Shown piece by piece: positions 15,129-26,774 of a DNA stretch of 64,000 nucleotides (positions within the stretch are counted from its first letter, which is position 1; every line of letters begins with the position of its first letter). Source of the stretch: Escherichia coli (GTDB taxonomy: Bacteria > Pseudomonadota > Gammaproteobacteria > Enterobacterales > Enterobacteriaceae); NCBI RefSeq assembly GCF_009931435.1, contig NZ_CP043414.1; one strand, written 5' to 3'. Position numbers and translations under genes: made by a program. The notes under the pieces are model-generated. The model worked only from the letters and a program-made list of their open reading frames with translations. It was not told the origin of the DNA and did no database searches.

Positions 15129-16027
15129 TGGACTTTCCGCAGCAACTCGAAGCCTGCGTTAAGCAGGCCAACCAGGCGCTGAGCCGTTTTATTGCCCCAC
15201 TGCCCTTTCAGAACACTCCCGTGGTCGAAACCATGCAGTATGGCGCATTATTAGGTGGTAAGCGCCTGCGACCGTTCCTGGTTTATGCCACCGGCCATAT
15301 GTTCGGCGTTAGCACAAACACGCTGGACGCACCCGCTGCCGCCGTGGAGTGTATCCACGCGTATTCATTAATTCATGATGATTTACCGGCAATGGATGAT
15401 GACGATCTGCGTCGCGGTTTGCCGACCTGCCATGTGAAGTTTGGCGAAGCAAACGCGATTCTCGCTGGCGACGCTTTACAAACGCTGGCGTTCTCGATTT
15501 TAAGTGATGCCGATATGCCGGAAGTGTCGGATCGCGACAGAATTTCGATGATTTCTGAACTGGCGAGCGCCAGCGGTATTGGCGGAATGTGCGGTGGTCA
15601 GGCATTAGATTTAGATGCGGAAGGCAAACACGTACCTCTGGACGCACTCGAGCGTATTCATCGCCATAAAACCGGCGCATTAATTCGCGCCGCCGTTCGT
15701 CTTGGTGCATTAAGCGCCGGAGATAAAGGACGTCGTGCTCTGCCAATTCTCGACAAGTACGCAGAGAGCATCGGCCTTGCCTTCCAGGTTCAGGATGACA
15801 TCCTGGATGTGGTGGGAGATACTGCAACGTTGGGTAAACGCCAGGGTGCCGACCAGCAACTTGGTAAAAGTACCTACCCTGCACTTCTGGGTCTTGAGCA
15901 AGCCCGGAAGAAAGCCCAGGATCTGATCGACGATGCCCGCCAGTCGCTAAAACAACTGGCTGAACAGTCACTCGATACCTCGGCACTGGAAGCGCTAGCG
16001 GACTACATCATCCAGCGTAATAAATAA
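15128..16027 (+). CDS. ispA: Farnesyl diphosphate synthase
   Basis: Track ORF, 299 aa; two aspartate-rich motifs (IHDDLPAMDDDDLRRG, FQVQDDILD); start overlaps the xseB stop. Confidence 0.95.
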   Translation: MDFPQQLEACVKQANQALSRFIAPLPFQNTPVVETMQYGALLGGKRLRPFLVYATGHMFGVSTNTLDAPAAAVECIHAYSLIHDDLPAMDDDDLRRGLPTCHVKFGEANAILAGDALQTLAFSILSDADMPEVSDRDRISMISELASASGIGGMCGGQALDLDAEGKHVPLDALERIHRHKTGALIRAAVRLGALSAGDKGRRALPILDKYAESIGLAFQVQDDILDVVGDTATLGKRQGADQQLGKSTYPALLGLEQARKKAQDLIDDARQSLKQLAEQSLDTSALEALADYIIQRNK

Positions 16028-16051
16028 ACAATAAGTATTAATAGGCCCCTG

Positions 16052-17914
16052 ATGAGTTTTGATATTGCCAAATACCCGACCCTGGCACTGGTCGACTCCA
16101 CCCAGGAGTTACGACTGTTGCCAAAAGAGAGTTTACCGAAACTCTGCGACGAACTGCGCCGCTATTTACTCGACAGCGTGAGCCGTTCCAGCGGGCACTT
16201 CGCCTCCGGGCTGGGCACGGTCGAGCTGACCGTAGCGCTGCACTACGTCTATAACACCCCGTTTGACCAATTGATTTGGGATGTGGGGCATCAGGCTTAT
16301 CCGCATAAAATTTTGACCGGACGCCGCGACAAAATAGGCACCATCCGTCAAAAAGGCGGCCTGCACCCGTTCCCGTGGCGCGGCGAAAGTGAATATGACG
16401 TGTTAAGCGTCGGGCATTCATCAACCTCTATCAGTGCCGGAATTGGTATTGCGGTTGCTGCCGAGAAAGAAGGCAAAAATCGCCGCACCGTCTGTGTTAT
16501 AGGCGATGGCGCGATTACTGCTGGCATGGCGTTTGAAGCGATGAATCACGCGGGCGACATCCGCCCGGACATGCTGGTTATTCTCAACGACAACGAAATG
16601 TCGATTTCCGAAAATGTTGGCGCGCTCAACAACCATCTGGCGCAGCTGCTTTCCGGCAAGCTTTACTCTTCACTGCGCGAGGGCGGGAAAAAAGTATTCT
16701 CCGGCGTTCCGCCCATTAAAGAGCTGCTCAAACGTACCGAAGAACATATTAAAGGCATGGTAGTACCAGGCACGCTGTTTGAAGAGCTGGGCTTTAACTA
16801 CATCGGCCCGGTTGACGGTCACGATGTGCTGGGGCTTATCACCACGCTTAAGAACATGCGCGACCTGAAAGGCCCGCAGTTCCTGCATATCATGACCAAA
16901 AAAGGTCGTGGTTACGAACCGGCAGAAAAAGATCCAATCACCTTCCACGCCGTGCCTAAATTTGACCCCTCCAGCGGTTGCCTGCCGAAAAGCAGCGGCG
17001 GCCTGCCAAGCTATTCAAAAATTTTTGGCGACTGGTTGTGCGAAACCGCAGCAAAAGACAACAAGCTGATGGCGATTACCCCGGCGATGCGCGAAGGTTC
17101 AGGCATGGTCGAGTTTTCACGTAAATTCCCGGATCGCTACTTCGACGTGGCAATCGCCGAGCAACACGCAGTGACCTTTGCTGCGGGTCTGGCGATTGGT
17201 GGCTACAAACCGATCGTGGCAATTTATTCCACTTTCCTGCAACGTGCCTATGATCAGGTGCTGCATGACGTGGCGATTCAAAAGCTCCCGGTCCTGTTCG
17301 CCATCGACCGCGCGGGCATTGTTGGTGCTGACGGTCAAACCCACCAGGGCGCTTTTGATCTCTCATACCTGCGCTGCATTCCGGAAATGGTCATTATGAC
17401 CCCGAGCGATGAAAACGAATGTCGCCAGATGCTCTATACCGGCTATCACTATAACGATGGCCCGTCAGCGGTGCGCTATCCGCGCGGCAACGCCGTTGGC
17501 GTTGAACTGACGCCACTGGAAAAACTGCCAATTGGCAAAGGCATTGTGAAGCGTCGTGGCGAGAAACTGGCGATCCTCAACTTTGGTACGCTGATGCCGG
17601 AAGCAGCGAAAGTCGCAGAATCGCTGAACGCTACGCTGGTCGATATGCGTTTTGTGAAGCCGCTTGATGAAGCGTTAATTCTGGAAATGGCCGCCAGCCA
17701 CGAGGCGCTGATCACCATTGAAGAAAACGCCATTATGGGCGGCGCAGGCAGCGGCGTGAACGAAGTGCTGATGGCCCATCGTAAACCAGTACCCGTGCTG
17801 AATATTGGCCTGCCGGACTTCTTTATTCCACAAGGAACGCAGGAAGAAATGCGCGCTGAACTCGGCCTCGATGCCGCCGGTATGGAAGCCAAAATCAAAA
17901 CCTGGCTGGCATAA
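16052..17914 (+). CDS. dxs: 1-deoxy-D-xylulose-5-phosphate synthase
   Basis: Track ORF, 620 aa; thiamine-diphosphate motif [18 protein letters not shown]. Confidence 0.96.
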   Translation: MSFDIAKYPTLALVDSTQELRLLPKESLPKLCDELRRYLLDSVSRSSGHFASGLGTVELTVALHYVYNTPFDQLIWDVGHQAYPHKILTGRRDKIGTIRQKGGLHPFPWRGESEYDVLSVGHSSTSISAGIGIAVAAEKEGKNRRTVCVIGDGAITAGMAFEAMNHAGDIRPDMLVILNDNEMSISENVGALNNHLAQLLSGKLYSSLREGGKKVFSGVPPIKELLKRTEEHIKGMVVPGTLFEELGFNYIGPVDGHDVLGLITTLKNMRDLKGPQFLHIMTKKGRGYEPAEKDPITFHAVPKFDPSSGCLPKSSGGLPSYSKIFGDWLCETAAKDNKLMAITPAMREGSGMVEFSRKFPDRYFDVAIAEQHAVTFAAGLAIGGYKPIVAIYSTFLQRAYDQVLHDVAIQKLPVLFAIDRAGIVGADGQTHQGAFDLSYLRCIPEMVIMTPSDENECRQMLYTGYHYNDGPSAVRYPRGNAVGVELTPLEKLPIGKGIVKRRGEKLAILNFGTLMPEAAKVAESLNATLVDMRFVKPLDEALILEMAASHEALITIEENAIMGGAGSGVNEVLMAHRKPVPVLNIGLPDFFIPQGTQEEMRAELGLDAAGMEAKIKTWLA

Positions 17915-17939
17915 TCCCTACTCCACTCCTGCTATGCTT

Positions 17940-18085
17940 AAGAAATTATTCATAGACTCTAAATAATTCGAGTTGCAGGAAGGCGGCAAACGAGTGAAGC
18001 CCCAGGAGCTTACATAAGTAAGTGACTGGGGTGAACGAATGCAGCCGCAGCACATGCAACTTGAAGTATGACGAGTATGGCAGGA
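17940..18085. repeat. ERIC (IRU) element between dxs and yajO
   Basis: Contains gtgaagccccaggagcttacat and aagtaagtgactggggtgaacg, near-identical to the two halves of the ERIC imperfect palindrome (recalled ERIC primer sequences). Confidence 0.7.
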
Positions 18086-18093
18086 GTGGCAGC

Positions 18094-19068
18094 ATGCAAT
18101 ACAACCCCTTAGGAAAAACCGACCTTCGCATTTCCCGACTTTGCCTCGGCTGTATGACCTTTGGTGAGCCGGATCGCGGTAATCACGCATGGACACTGCC
18201 CGAAGAGAGCAGCCGTCCCATCATTAAACGCGCGCTGGAAGGCGGCATAAATTTCTTTGATACCGCCAATAGTTATTCTGACGGCAGCAGCGAAGAGATC
18301 GTCGGTCGTGCACTGCGGGACTTTGCCCGTCGTGAAGACGTGGTCGTTGCAACTAAAGTGTTCCATCACGTTGGTGATTTGCCGGAAGGATTATCCCGTG
18401 CGCAAATTTTGCGCTCTATTGACGACAGCTTGCGACGTCTCGGCATGGATTATGTCGATATCCTGCAAATTCATCGCTGGGATTACAACACGCCGATCGA
18501 AGACACGCTGGAAGCCCTGAACGATGTGGTAAAATCCGGGAAAGCGCGTTATATCGGCGCGTCATCCATGCACGCCTCGCAGTTTGCTCAGGCGCTGGAA
18601 CTGCAAAAACAGCACGGCTGGGCGCAGTTTGTCAGTATGCAGGATCACTACAATCTGATTTATCGCGAAGAAGAACGAGAGATGCTGCCGCTGTGTTATC
18701 AGGAAGGCGTGGCGGTGATTCCGTGGAGTCCGCTGGCGCGGGGACGTCTGACGCGTCCGTGGGGAGAAACCACCGCGCGGCTGGTGTCGGATGAAGTGGG
18801 GAAAAATCTCTACCAAGAAAGCGATGAAAATGACGCGCAGATCGCAGAACGGTTAACAGGCGTCAGTGAAGAACTGGGGGCAACGCGAGCACAAGTCGCG
18901 CTGGCATGGTTGTTGAGCAAACCTGGCATTGCCGCACCAATTATCGGTACATCGCGGGAAGAACAACTTGATGAATTGCTGAACGCGGTGGATATCACCT
19001 TGAAGCCGGAACAGATTGCTGAACTGGAAACGCCGTATAAACCGCATCCGGTCGTAGGATTTAAATAG
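18094..19068 (+). CDS. yajO: Aldo-keto reductase YajO
   Basis: Start moved to MQYNPLGKTDL with RBS caggag, giving 324 aa; the track's upstream start lies inside the ERIC element. Confidence 0.9.
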   Translation: MQYNPLGKTDLRISRLCLGCMTFGEPDRGNHAWTLPEESSRPIIKRALEGGINFFDTANSYSDGSSEEIVGRALRDFARREDVVVATKVFHHVGDLPEGLSRAQILRSIDDSLRRLGMDYVDILQIHRWDYNTPIEDTLEALNDVVKSGKARYIGASSMHASQFAQALELQKQHGWAQFVSMQDHYNLIYREEEREMLPLCYQEGVAVIPWSPLARGRLTRPWGETTARLVSDEVGKNLYQESDENDAQIAERLTGVSEELGATRAQVALAWLLSKPGIAAPIIGTSREEQLDELLNAVDITLKPEQIAELETPYKPHPVVGFK

Positions 19069-19076
19069 GAATCCAG

Positions 19077-19110
19077 GCCTGATGAGACGTGACAAGCGTC
19101 ACATCAGGCA
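19077..19110. repeat. REP-like palindrome between the convergent yajO and pgpA
   Basis: gcctgatgagacgtgacaagcgtcacatcaggc, a nested inverted repeat. Confidence 0.5.
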
Positions 19111-19121
19111 TCGGTGCACAG

Positions 19122-19640
19122 CTACGACAGAATACCCAGCGGCCAGTGATGACCAATAAAGTACAGGATGCCTGCGGAAATCACCCCGGCGACGATATCA
19201 TCTATCATGATCCCCATGCCGCCATGCACATTGCGATCAAACCAGCGGATCGGCCACGGTTTCCACATATCCAGAATACGGAAAATCACAAACCCGGCGG
19301 CGACCCACTGCCAGTCATTGGTCGGCAATGCCATGAGCGTGATCCACATGCCGATAAATTCGTCCCAGACAATGCTGCCGTGATCATGCACGCCCATATC
19401 TTTTGCGGTCTGATGACAAAGATAGACGCCAATACAGATCCCCAGCATGACTACCAGTGAATAGAGCTGCCAGGGCAAAAAGGTCATCAGATACCAGAAC
19501 GGAATCGCCGCCAGCGACCCCATCGTGCCTGGAACAATTGGGCTTAATCCACTACCAAATCCAACAGCAAGCAGATGCCACGGATTACTCAGCTTAAGGC
19601 GACTTTTCGCGACATCTTTATGGCGTGGCAAAATGGTCAT
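19122..19640 (-). CDS. pgpA: Phosphatidylglycerophosphatase A
   Basis: Start moved to [12 protein letters not shown], giving 172 aa; its 5' end overlaps the thiL 3' end by 23 nt. Confidence 0.9.
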   Translation of the reverse strand: MTILPRHKDVAKSRLKLSNPWHLLAVGFGSGLSPIVPGTMGSLAAIPFWYLMTFLPWQLYSLVVMLGICIGVYLCHQTAKDMGVHDHGSIVWDEFIGMWITLMALPTNDWQWVAAGFVIFRILDMWKPWPIRWFDRNVHGGMGIMIDDIVAGVISAGILYFIGHHWPLGILS

Positions 19641-20595
19641 ATCCTTTCCAGTCAAATGTGACAGGTTCGCCGTCACGAATAAAACAAAGCCCTTCGATAT
19701 CGGCAGTCATTTGCCCGATACAGGTAAACGGTACGCCCAGATGTCCGAGAGCCACATCCAGCGCGCCACGGTTAAGCTCTGGCACAGTGAAACACAACTC
19801 GTAATCTTCACCGCCAGAGAGCGCCCAGCGCAGCGCCTGTTCCGGCTCAACATGGCGAGAAAGCGCATCAGAAAACGGCAGCAATGCCAGGTCAATACGT
19901 GCGCCGCAGTCGCTGGCTTTCACGATATGCCCGAGATCAGAAATCAGACCGTCAGAGAGATCGATAGCTGAATTTGCCAGATCACGCAAAGCCTGTCCCT
20001 GTAAAATACGCGGCGACGGACGGAGATGACGTTTGATCAAGTAGTCCGCATCTTTAGCATCGGCAACCTGCAAACGGTTTTGCAATATCGCCAGCCCGGC
20101 GGCGCTATCGCCCGGTGTACCGGTCACATAGATCCAGTCACCCGGTTTCGCCCCAGAGCGCGTTAAGGCTCGTCCCATCGGAACAAAGCCGTGGATACCC
20201 AACGTCATTGATAATGGCCCACGCGTGGTATCGCCGCCAATAAGTTGCATATCGTAATAATTGAGAAGATCAAACAAACTGTCGCTGAAGGACTCAAGCC
20301 ACGCTTCATCGACGTCCGGTAAGGTTAATGCCAGCGTTAGCCAGGCCGGATCGGCCCCCATCGCTGCCAGATCGCTTAGGTTCACCGCCAGTGCTTTATA
20401 CGCCAGATCCGCAGGATCGATATCAGGGAGGAAATGGTTGCCCGCCACCAGCGTATCAGTGCTGATCGCCAGGGTCTGTTTCTCGGGGATATTGAGAAGT
20501 GCGCAATCGTCGCCAATGCCCAGTTCGACATCAAGACGAGAACTTCTTACACGGTCAAAATAACGGGCAATCAGGGAGAACTCGCCACATGCCAT
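19618..20595 (-). CDS. thiL: Thiamine-monophosphate kinase
   Basis: Track ORF, 325 aa; matches recalled ThiL. Confidence 0.94.
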   Translation of the reverse strand: MACGEFSLIARYFDRVRSSRLDVELGIGDDCALLNIPEKQTLAISTDTLVAGNHFLPDIDPADLAYKALAVNLSDLAAMGADPAWLTLALTLPDVDEAWLESFSDSLFDLLNYYDMQLIGGDTTRGPLSMTLGIHGFVPMGRALTRSGAKPGDWIYVTGTPGDSAAGLAILQNRLQVADAKDADYLIKRHLRPSPRILQGQALRDLANSAIDLSDGLISDLGHIVKASDCGARIDLALLPFSDALSRHVEPEQALRWALSGGEDYELCFTVPELNRGALDVALGHLGVPFTCIGQMTADIEGLCFIRDGEPVTFDWKGYDHFATP

Positions 20596-20672
20596 ACGTT
20601 ATGCCTCAGCAGGTAAAAAAGAAAAGGCCGGCGATCGCGGAACGGTCTTCCGTGAATCTACCGGCCTGGATA

Positions 20673-21092
20673 TCACTTTTTGTTAGGGCGAATCACAGGT
20701 GCTGCTTTATCGAGTACGCCGTTGACGAACTTATGGCTGTCTTCTGCGCCGAACGATTTTGCCAGTTCGATCGCTTCGTTAATGGCCACTTTGTATGGCA
20801 CATCGCTACGTTTAGACAGCTCGTACAGCGCAATGCGCAGTACAGCTTTTTCTACCTGGCCCAGTTCTTCCAGCAGGCGGGACAGGTATGGCTTCATCAG
20901 TCCGTCGAGGTATGCGGTGTTAGTCGCCACCCCGGCCAGCAGCTCACGGAAGTACAGGACGTCAACATCTTTTACATCCTGTTCAGCCAGGAACTGGTAT
21001 TCAACATCAGCGATGTCGTTCTGGGACAACTGCCAGGAGTAGAGCGCCTGGACGGCACACTCACGAGCGCGGCGACGAGCAGCAGGTTTCAC
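20673..21092 (-). CDS. nusB: Transcription antitermination factor NusB
   Basis: Track ORF, 139 aa. Confidence 0.95.
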
Positions 21093-21111
21093 GGATTTCC
21101 CCTTACTAATT

Positions 21112-21582
21112 TCAGGCCTTGATGGCTTTCAATACATTAATCATTTCAAGCGCGGTCAGTGCAGCTTCTGCACCTTTGTTGCCAGCTTTGGTGCCAGCAC
21201 GTTCGATCGCTTGTTCAATGCTTTCAGTGGTCAGAACACCAAAAGCAACCGGAATTTCGCTGTCCTGGGCAACATGCGCCAGGCCGTTGCTTGCACCACC
21301 AGCGACATATTCAAAGTGGGCAGTGCCACCACGAATAACCGTACCCAGCGCAATCACCGCGTCATATTTACCGGTTTTAGCCAGTGCACCCGCCGCCAGC
21401 GGCAGCTCATAGGCACCAGGCACCCAAACAACGGTAATGTTTTCATCTTTTACCTGACCGATACGTTTCAGTGCGTCAATTGCACCTTCCAGCAGGCTGT
21501 CATTGATAAAGTTGTTGAAACGCGCGATGGTGATGGCGACGCGAGCGTCCGGGGTAGCAACGTTAGCTTCAATAATGTTCAT
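21112..21582 (-). CDS. ribE: 6,7-dimethyl-8-ribityllumazine synthase
   Basis: Start moved to [17 protein letters not shown], giving 156 aa. Confidence 0.92.
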
Positions 21583-21670
21583 TTTCTTCCTTCGGGTTCG
21601 AGTATGGCCCCGCAGGGGGGCGGATTTTAGCATAATATTTCGTGCGCTGCTTCCCTTTCGAGCCGGGAGA

Positions 21671-22774
21671 TCATGCACCCACTAAATGCAGGCAAACATC
21701 CGGGCCTACATGACGTATCTCTTTGAATTTAAATTGGGGGGCGTCGGCTAATTTCTCAAGTCCTGGCAGCGTGCATAATCCACGGGCGTCGTTGCCTAAT
21801 AGTTTAGGTGCGATATAGACAATCAGCTCATCAACTAAACCAGCCTGTAGCAATGCGCCAGCGAGCGTTGGCCCAGCTTCCACCCAGATGCTATTAATCT
21901 GCTGTTTACCCAGTTGCATCATCAATACAACCAGATCCAGATGACCTTTATGCTCTGGAATCAGCAAGGTTCGCACCGTTTCCGGCCACTCGCGAGAATC
22001 TTCCTGCGTACGCGCGAACCAGGTTTCGCCAGACTGCTGCACAATACGGTGTTCCGGCGTCACGCGATTTTGGCTATCAATCACAATACGTACTGGCTGG
22101 CGGAGATTTTGTTGCGGATAGAGCGCCTGAGTTTGTTCATCCAGTTCAGACCAACGCACCGTTAAGGCTGGATCGTCCGCCATGACTGTTGCGCTGCTGG
22201 TTAAAATGGCATGACTTTGCGCACGCAGACGTTGTACATCGCGTCGCGCCTGAGGAGACGTGATCCACTGGCTCTCACCGCTCGCCATCGCCGTGCGACC
22301 ATCAAGCGACGCGCCAAGTTTTAACTGGATATAAGGAAAGCCGGTGCGCATGCGCTTGAGAAAGCCTTTATTCAATTGCTCGGCTTCACTCATCATCAGG
22401 CCGTGGCTGACGTCAATGCCAGCCTGTTGCAAACGATAAAGTCCACGCCCAGCGACCTGCGGGTTAGGATCCTGCATCGCGGCAACCACGCGCGTGACAC
22501 CCGCAGCAATCAACGCATCGCAACATGGCGGCGTACGACCATGATGGCTACAGGGTTCGAGTGTGACATACGCCGTTGCGCCTTTGGCTTTTTCGCCGGC
22601 CATGCGCAACGCGTGTACCTCGGCATGCGGTTCACCCGCTCGTTGATGGTAACCTTCACCGACAATTTCGCCATCTTTGACAATGACGCACCCGACATTC
22701 GGGTTGGGATGCGTGGTAAAACGTCCTCGTTGCGCCAGCTTTAGCGCCCGCGCCATGTAATACTCGTCCTGCAC
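21671..22774 (-). CDS. ribD: Bifunctional riboflavin biosynthesis deaminase/reductase
   Basis: Track ORF, 367 aa; cytidine-deaminase zinc motif (HAEVHAL ... [11 protein letters not shown]). Confidence 0.95.
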
Positions 22775-22777
22775 GGC

Positions 22778-23263
<486 letters not shown>

Positions 23264-23377
23264 TTACCCTGAACTGACGATACAACAAAGGCGCAACGCT
23301 TTTGAGATAAAGGATCGATGCTTTCGCTGCTTTTACCCTCTACCATTAGGCTAATTGCGACGAGAAAGGGACGACCT

Positions 23378-23917
23378 ATGAATACTAACGTTTTTCGACT
23401 GCTCCTGCTGGGAAGCCTGTTCAGCCTTAGCGCCTGTGTGCAGCAAAGCGAAGTGCGACAGATGAAACACAGCGTCAGCACACTGAACCAGGAGATGACG
23501 CAACTCAATAAAGAAACGGTCAAAATCACTCAGCAAAACAGGCTGAATGCAAAATCCAGCAGTGGGGTTTACCTTCTGCCTGGAGCGAAAACACCAGCAA
23601 GACTGGAAAGCCAGATCGGTACTTTACGTATGTCGCTGGTGAATATTACGCCTGATACAGATGGCACCACCCTGACGCTACGTATTCAGGGCGAGTCGAA
23701 TGATCCCTTGCCCGCATTCAGCGGAACTGTTGAATATGGACAAATTCAGGGAACAATAGACAACTTTCAGGAAATCAATGTGCAGAATCAATTGATTAAC
23801 GCCCCTGCCAGCGTCCTCGCCCCCAGCGATGTTGATATTCCGTTACAGTTAAAGGGTATTTCTGTGGATCAGTTAGGCTTTGTACGTATCCACGACATTC
23901 AACCTGTTATGCAGTAA
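23378..23917 (+). CDS. yajI: Lipoprotein YajI
   Basis: Start moved to MNTNVFRLLLLGSLFSLSAC (lipobox LSAC), giving 179 aa. Confidence 0.88.
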   Translation: MNTNVFRLLLLGSLFSLSACVQQSEVRQMKHSVSTLNQEMTQLNKETVKITQQNRLNAKSSSGVYLLPGAKTPARLESQIGTLRMSLVNITPDTDGTTLTLRIQGESNDPLPAFSGTVEYGQIQGTIDNFQEINVQNQLINAPASVLAPSDVDIPLQLKGISVDQLGFVRIHDIQPVMQ

Positions 23918-24214
23918 ACGTATCGCGGGGCGTTTTGTGCGTCCCGCAACATCTTTCCCCGTCATTTTGTTACTCTGCTTACATCACCCAGATTGATAGT
24001 AAAAGTTTGCAACAAGGGTGAAAGTCAGTACAATCCCCGCCCGAATGTGTGTAAACGTGAACGCAATCGATTACGTAAATGATAGAACTGTGAAACGAAA
24101 CATATTTTTGTGAGCAATGATTTTTATAATAGGCTCCTCTGTATACGAAATATTTAGAAACGCAATTTGCGCCTTTTTCACTCCCGCAAGGGATTTTCAA
24201 ACAGTGGCATACAT

Positions 24215-25099
24215 ATGAAAAAAACATTACTGGCAGCCGGTGCGGTACTGGCGCTCTCTTCGTCTTTTACTGTCAACGCAGCTGAAAACGACAAACCGCA
24301 GTATCTTTCCGACTGGTGGCACCAGAGCGTTAACGTTGTCGGAAGCTATCACACCCGTTTCGGACCGCAGATCCGCAACGATACCTACCTTGAGTACGAA
24401 GCATTCGCTAAAAAAGACTGGTTCGACTTCTATGGGTATGCGGATGCGCCGGTATTCTTCGGCGGTAACTCCGATGCAAAAGGTATCTGGAACCACGGTT
24501 CCCCGCTGTTTATGGAAATCGAACCACGTTTCTCCATCGACAAGCTGACCAATACTGACCTTAGCTTTGGTCCGTTCAAAGAGTGGTACTTCGCGAACAA
24601 CTACATTTACGACATGGGTCGTAATAAAGATGGTCGCCAGAGCACCTGGTACATGGGTCTGGGTACCGATATCGATACTGGCCTGCCGATGAGCCTGTCC
24701 ATGAACGTGTATGCAAAATACCAGTGGCAGAACTATGGCGCAGCGAACGAAAACGAGTGGGACGGTTACCGTTTCAAAATTAAATACTTTGTGCCGATTA
24801 CCGATCTGTGGGGTGGTCAGCTGAGCTACATCGGCTTCACCAACTTCGACTGGGGTTCCGATTTAGGGGATGACAGCGGTAACGCAATCAACGGTATTAA
24901 GACCCGTACCAATAACTCCATCGCTTCCAGCCATATTCTGGCTCTGAACTACGATCACTGGCACTACTCTGTCGTAGCTCGTTACTGGCACGACGGTGGT
25001 CAGTGGAACGACGATGCAGAACTGAACTTCGGCAACGGCAACTTCAACGTTCGCTCTACCGGCTGGGGTGGCTACCTGGTAGTAGGTTACAACTTCTGA
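24215..25099 (+). CDS. tsx: Nucleoside-specific outer-membrane channel Tsx
   Basis: Start moved to [22 protein letters not shown] (signal peptide), giving 294 aa; ends in F, as beta-barrel proteins do. Confidence 0.94.
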
Positions 25100-25104
25100 T
25101 GAAT

Positions 25105-25130
25105 GAAATGCCGGATCTTGTATCCGGCAT
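25105..25130 (+). terminator. Short hairpin immediately after the tsx stop
   Basis: gccggat-cttgt-atccggc followed by attt. Confidence 0.4.
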
Positions 25131-25162
25131 TTCAGATTGTTAACAACGTGCGCTTTGTTCAT

Positions 25163-25260
<98 letters not shown>

Positions 25261-25288
25261 AATTTTGCGTTTGTCATAAAGCTCAAAT

Positions 25289-25317
25289 AACGGATTTTGT
25301 ATCCGTCATTTTTTTAT
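25289..25317 (+). terminator. Rho-independent terminator (plus strand) ending at the yajD stop codon
   Basis: aacggat-tttgt-atccgtc followed by atttttttat. Confidence 0.6.
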
Positions 25318-25664
25318 CACTTCTTCTTATTCATCATCGCTTTTAAATCAGCGAATGGGTTGTACTTCGCTTCACCGACATCTTTCTGCGCATCTTCCCC
25401 TGCGATAACGGTCGTACCATACTGATCCGCTTCGGTATATTTCGAATGCTCATGATCGTGGCAATAGAGACACAACAATTCCCAGTTACTGCCATCTTCC
25501 GGGTTATTAGTATGGTCGTGATCGATATGGTGAACGGTAAGTTCACGCAGATTGGAGTAGACAAACTCGCGGGAGCAGCGTCCACACACCCACGGATAGA
25601 TTTTTAATGCTTTTTCGCGATAGCCGCTTTCTAACCGCGCATAATTTTTTGGGATGATAGCCAT
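25317..25664 (-). CDS. yajD: HNH-nuclease-family protein YajD
   Basis: Track ORF, 115 aa; HNH-type motif (HHIDHDH ... CLYCHDHEH). Confidence 0.92.
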   Translation of the reverse strand: MAIIPKNYARLESGYREKALKIYPWVCGRCSREFVYSNLRELTVHHIDHDHTNNPEDGSNWELLCLYCHDHEHSKYTEADQYGTTVIAGEDAQKDVGEAKYNPFADLKAMMNKKK

Positions 25665-25740
25665 GAGAAGTTACCTGGATGAAATGTAGGGTTAGGCGCA
25701 GTTTCCCAAGATGCGAGGGTTTTCGCAATCACCTTACATC

Positions 25741-25770
25741 AAAAAAAATCCCGATCTTCTGACCGGGATT
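25741..25770 (-). terminator. Rho-independent terminator of secDF
   Basis: Minus-strand hairpin (atcccg...cgggat) followed by a T7 run (a run of A on the plus strand). Confidence 0.7.
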
Positions 25771-25792
25771 TTCAACATCAGCTGAAACTTGA

Positions 25793-26764
25793 TTAAGGCA
25801 GAATTGACGGCTGATCCGCCCCTTCTTTTTCCACTTTCTGCTGCAGCATGTGTTCGCGCTTCATACCCAGTTTCAGAGCCAGCGCCGATGCTACGTAGAT
25901 GGAAGATGCAGTACCGATGGAAACACCGATAAGCATGGTCAGCGAGAAGCCTTCCAGTACCGGACCACCGAAGAGGTACAGCATCAGGATAACCATCAAG
26001 GTAGTACCGGATGTGATCAAGGTACGGTGCAGCGTCTGGGTCAAGGACACGTTAAAGATTTCGTAAGGCGTACCGCGACGGATCTTGCGGAAGTTTTCAC
26101 GAATACGGTCCGATACCACGATACTGTCGTTAAGCGAGTAACCGATAACCGACATCAACGATGCCACAATGGTCAGGTCAATCTCGATATGGAATAACGA
26201 CAAAATACCCAGCGTAATGATAACGTCGTGCGCCAGCGCAATAACAACCCCTGCCGCCAGTCGCCACTCAAAGCGGAAACCAACGTACACGAGGATAGAC
26301 AGCAGCGCTGCCATCAGCGCCATCGCACCGGTTTGCGCAAGGTCTGCCCCCACGCTCGGACCGACGAACTCAATACGCTTCACTGCCGCATTCTGATTGG
26401 TGGATTCGTTAATCACCTTCAGAACCTGGCTGCCCAGCACCTGACCGCCGGTTTCGCCTTCAGCAGGCGGCATACGGACCATGATGTCGTGGCTGCTACC
26501 AAAGTTTTGCAGCATCGGCTCTTCAAAGCCCGCTTTCTGCAATGCATCACGCATCACATCGATTTCAGCCGGTTTTTCGAGCGTAATTTCGATAACCGTA
26601 CCACCGGTGAAATCCAGCCCCCAGTTAAAGCCGCGCACGCCCATAATAACGATAGCGGCGATTAACAGCAGACCAGAGATGCCGAAAGCCCAGTAGTCCC
26701 AGCGCATAAAGTCATAGACTTTACGGCCGTGGTTTAGTTGTTCAACAGTATATTCCTGTGCCAC
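25793..26764 (-). CDS. secF: Protein translocase subunit SecF
   Basis: Start set at the GTG codon with RBS gaggag ([13 protein letters not shown]), giving 323 aa. Confidence 0.92.
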
Positions 26765-26774
26765 ATCGCACTCC

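Noticed and set aside
15309-15986. 225-aa minus-strand ORF inside ispA
   Set aside because: Antisense to ispA; Arg/Pro-rich translation typical of a shadow ORF.
18022-18093. N-terminal extension of yajO in the track ORF
   Set aside because: The extension lies inside the ERIC repeat; the ATG at 18094 has an RBS and reproduces the known YajO N-terminus.
20499-21122. 207-aa plus-strand ORF spanning the thiL and nusB region
   Set aside because: Runs antisense across two established genes and their intergenic spacer; not coding.
23979-24227. Cys-rich 82-aa ORF in the tsx promoter region
   Set aside because: Lies in the AT-rich regulatory region of tsx on the opposite strand; no RBS; the Cys/His-rich composition likely comes from translating AT-rich promoter DNA.
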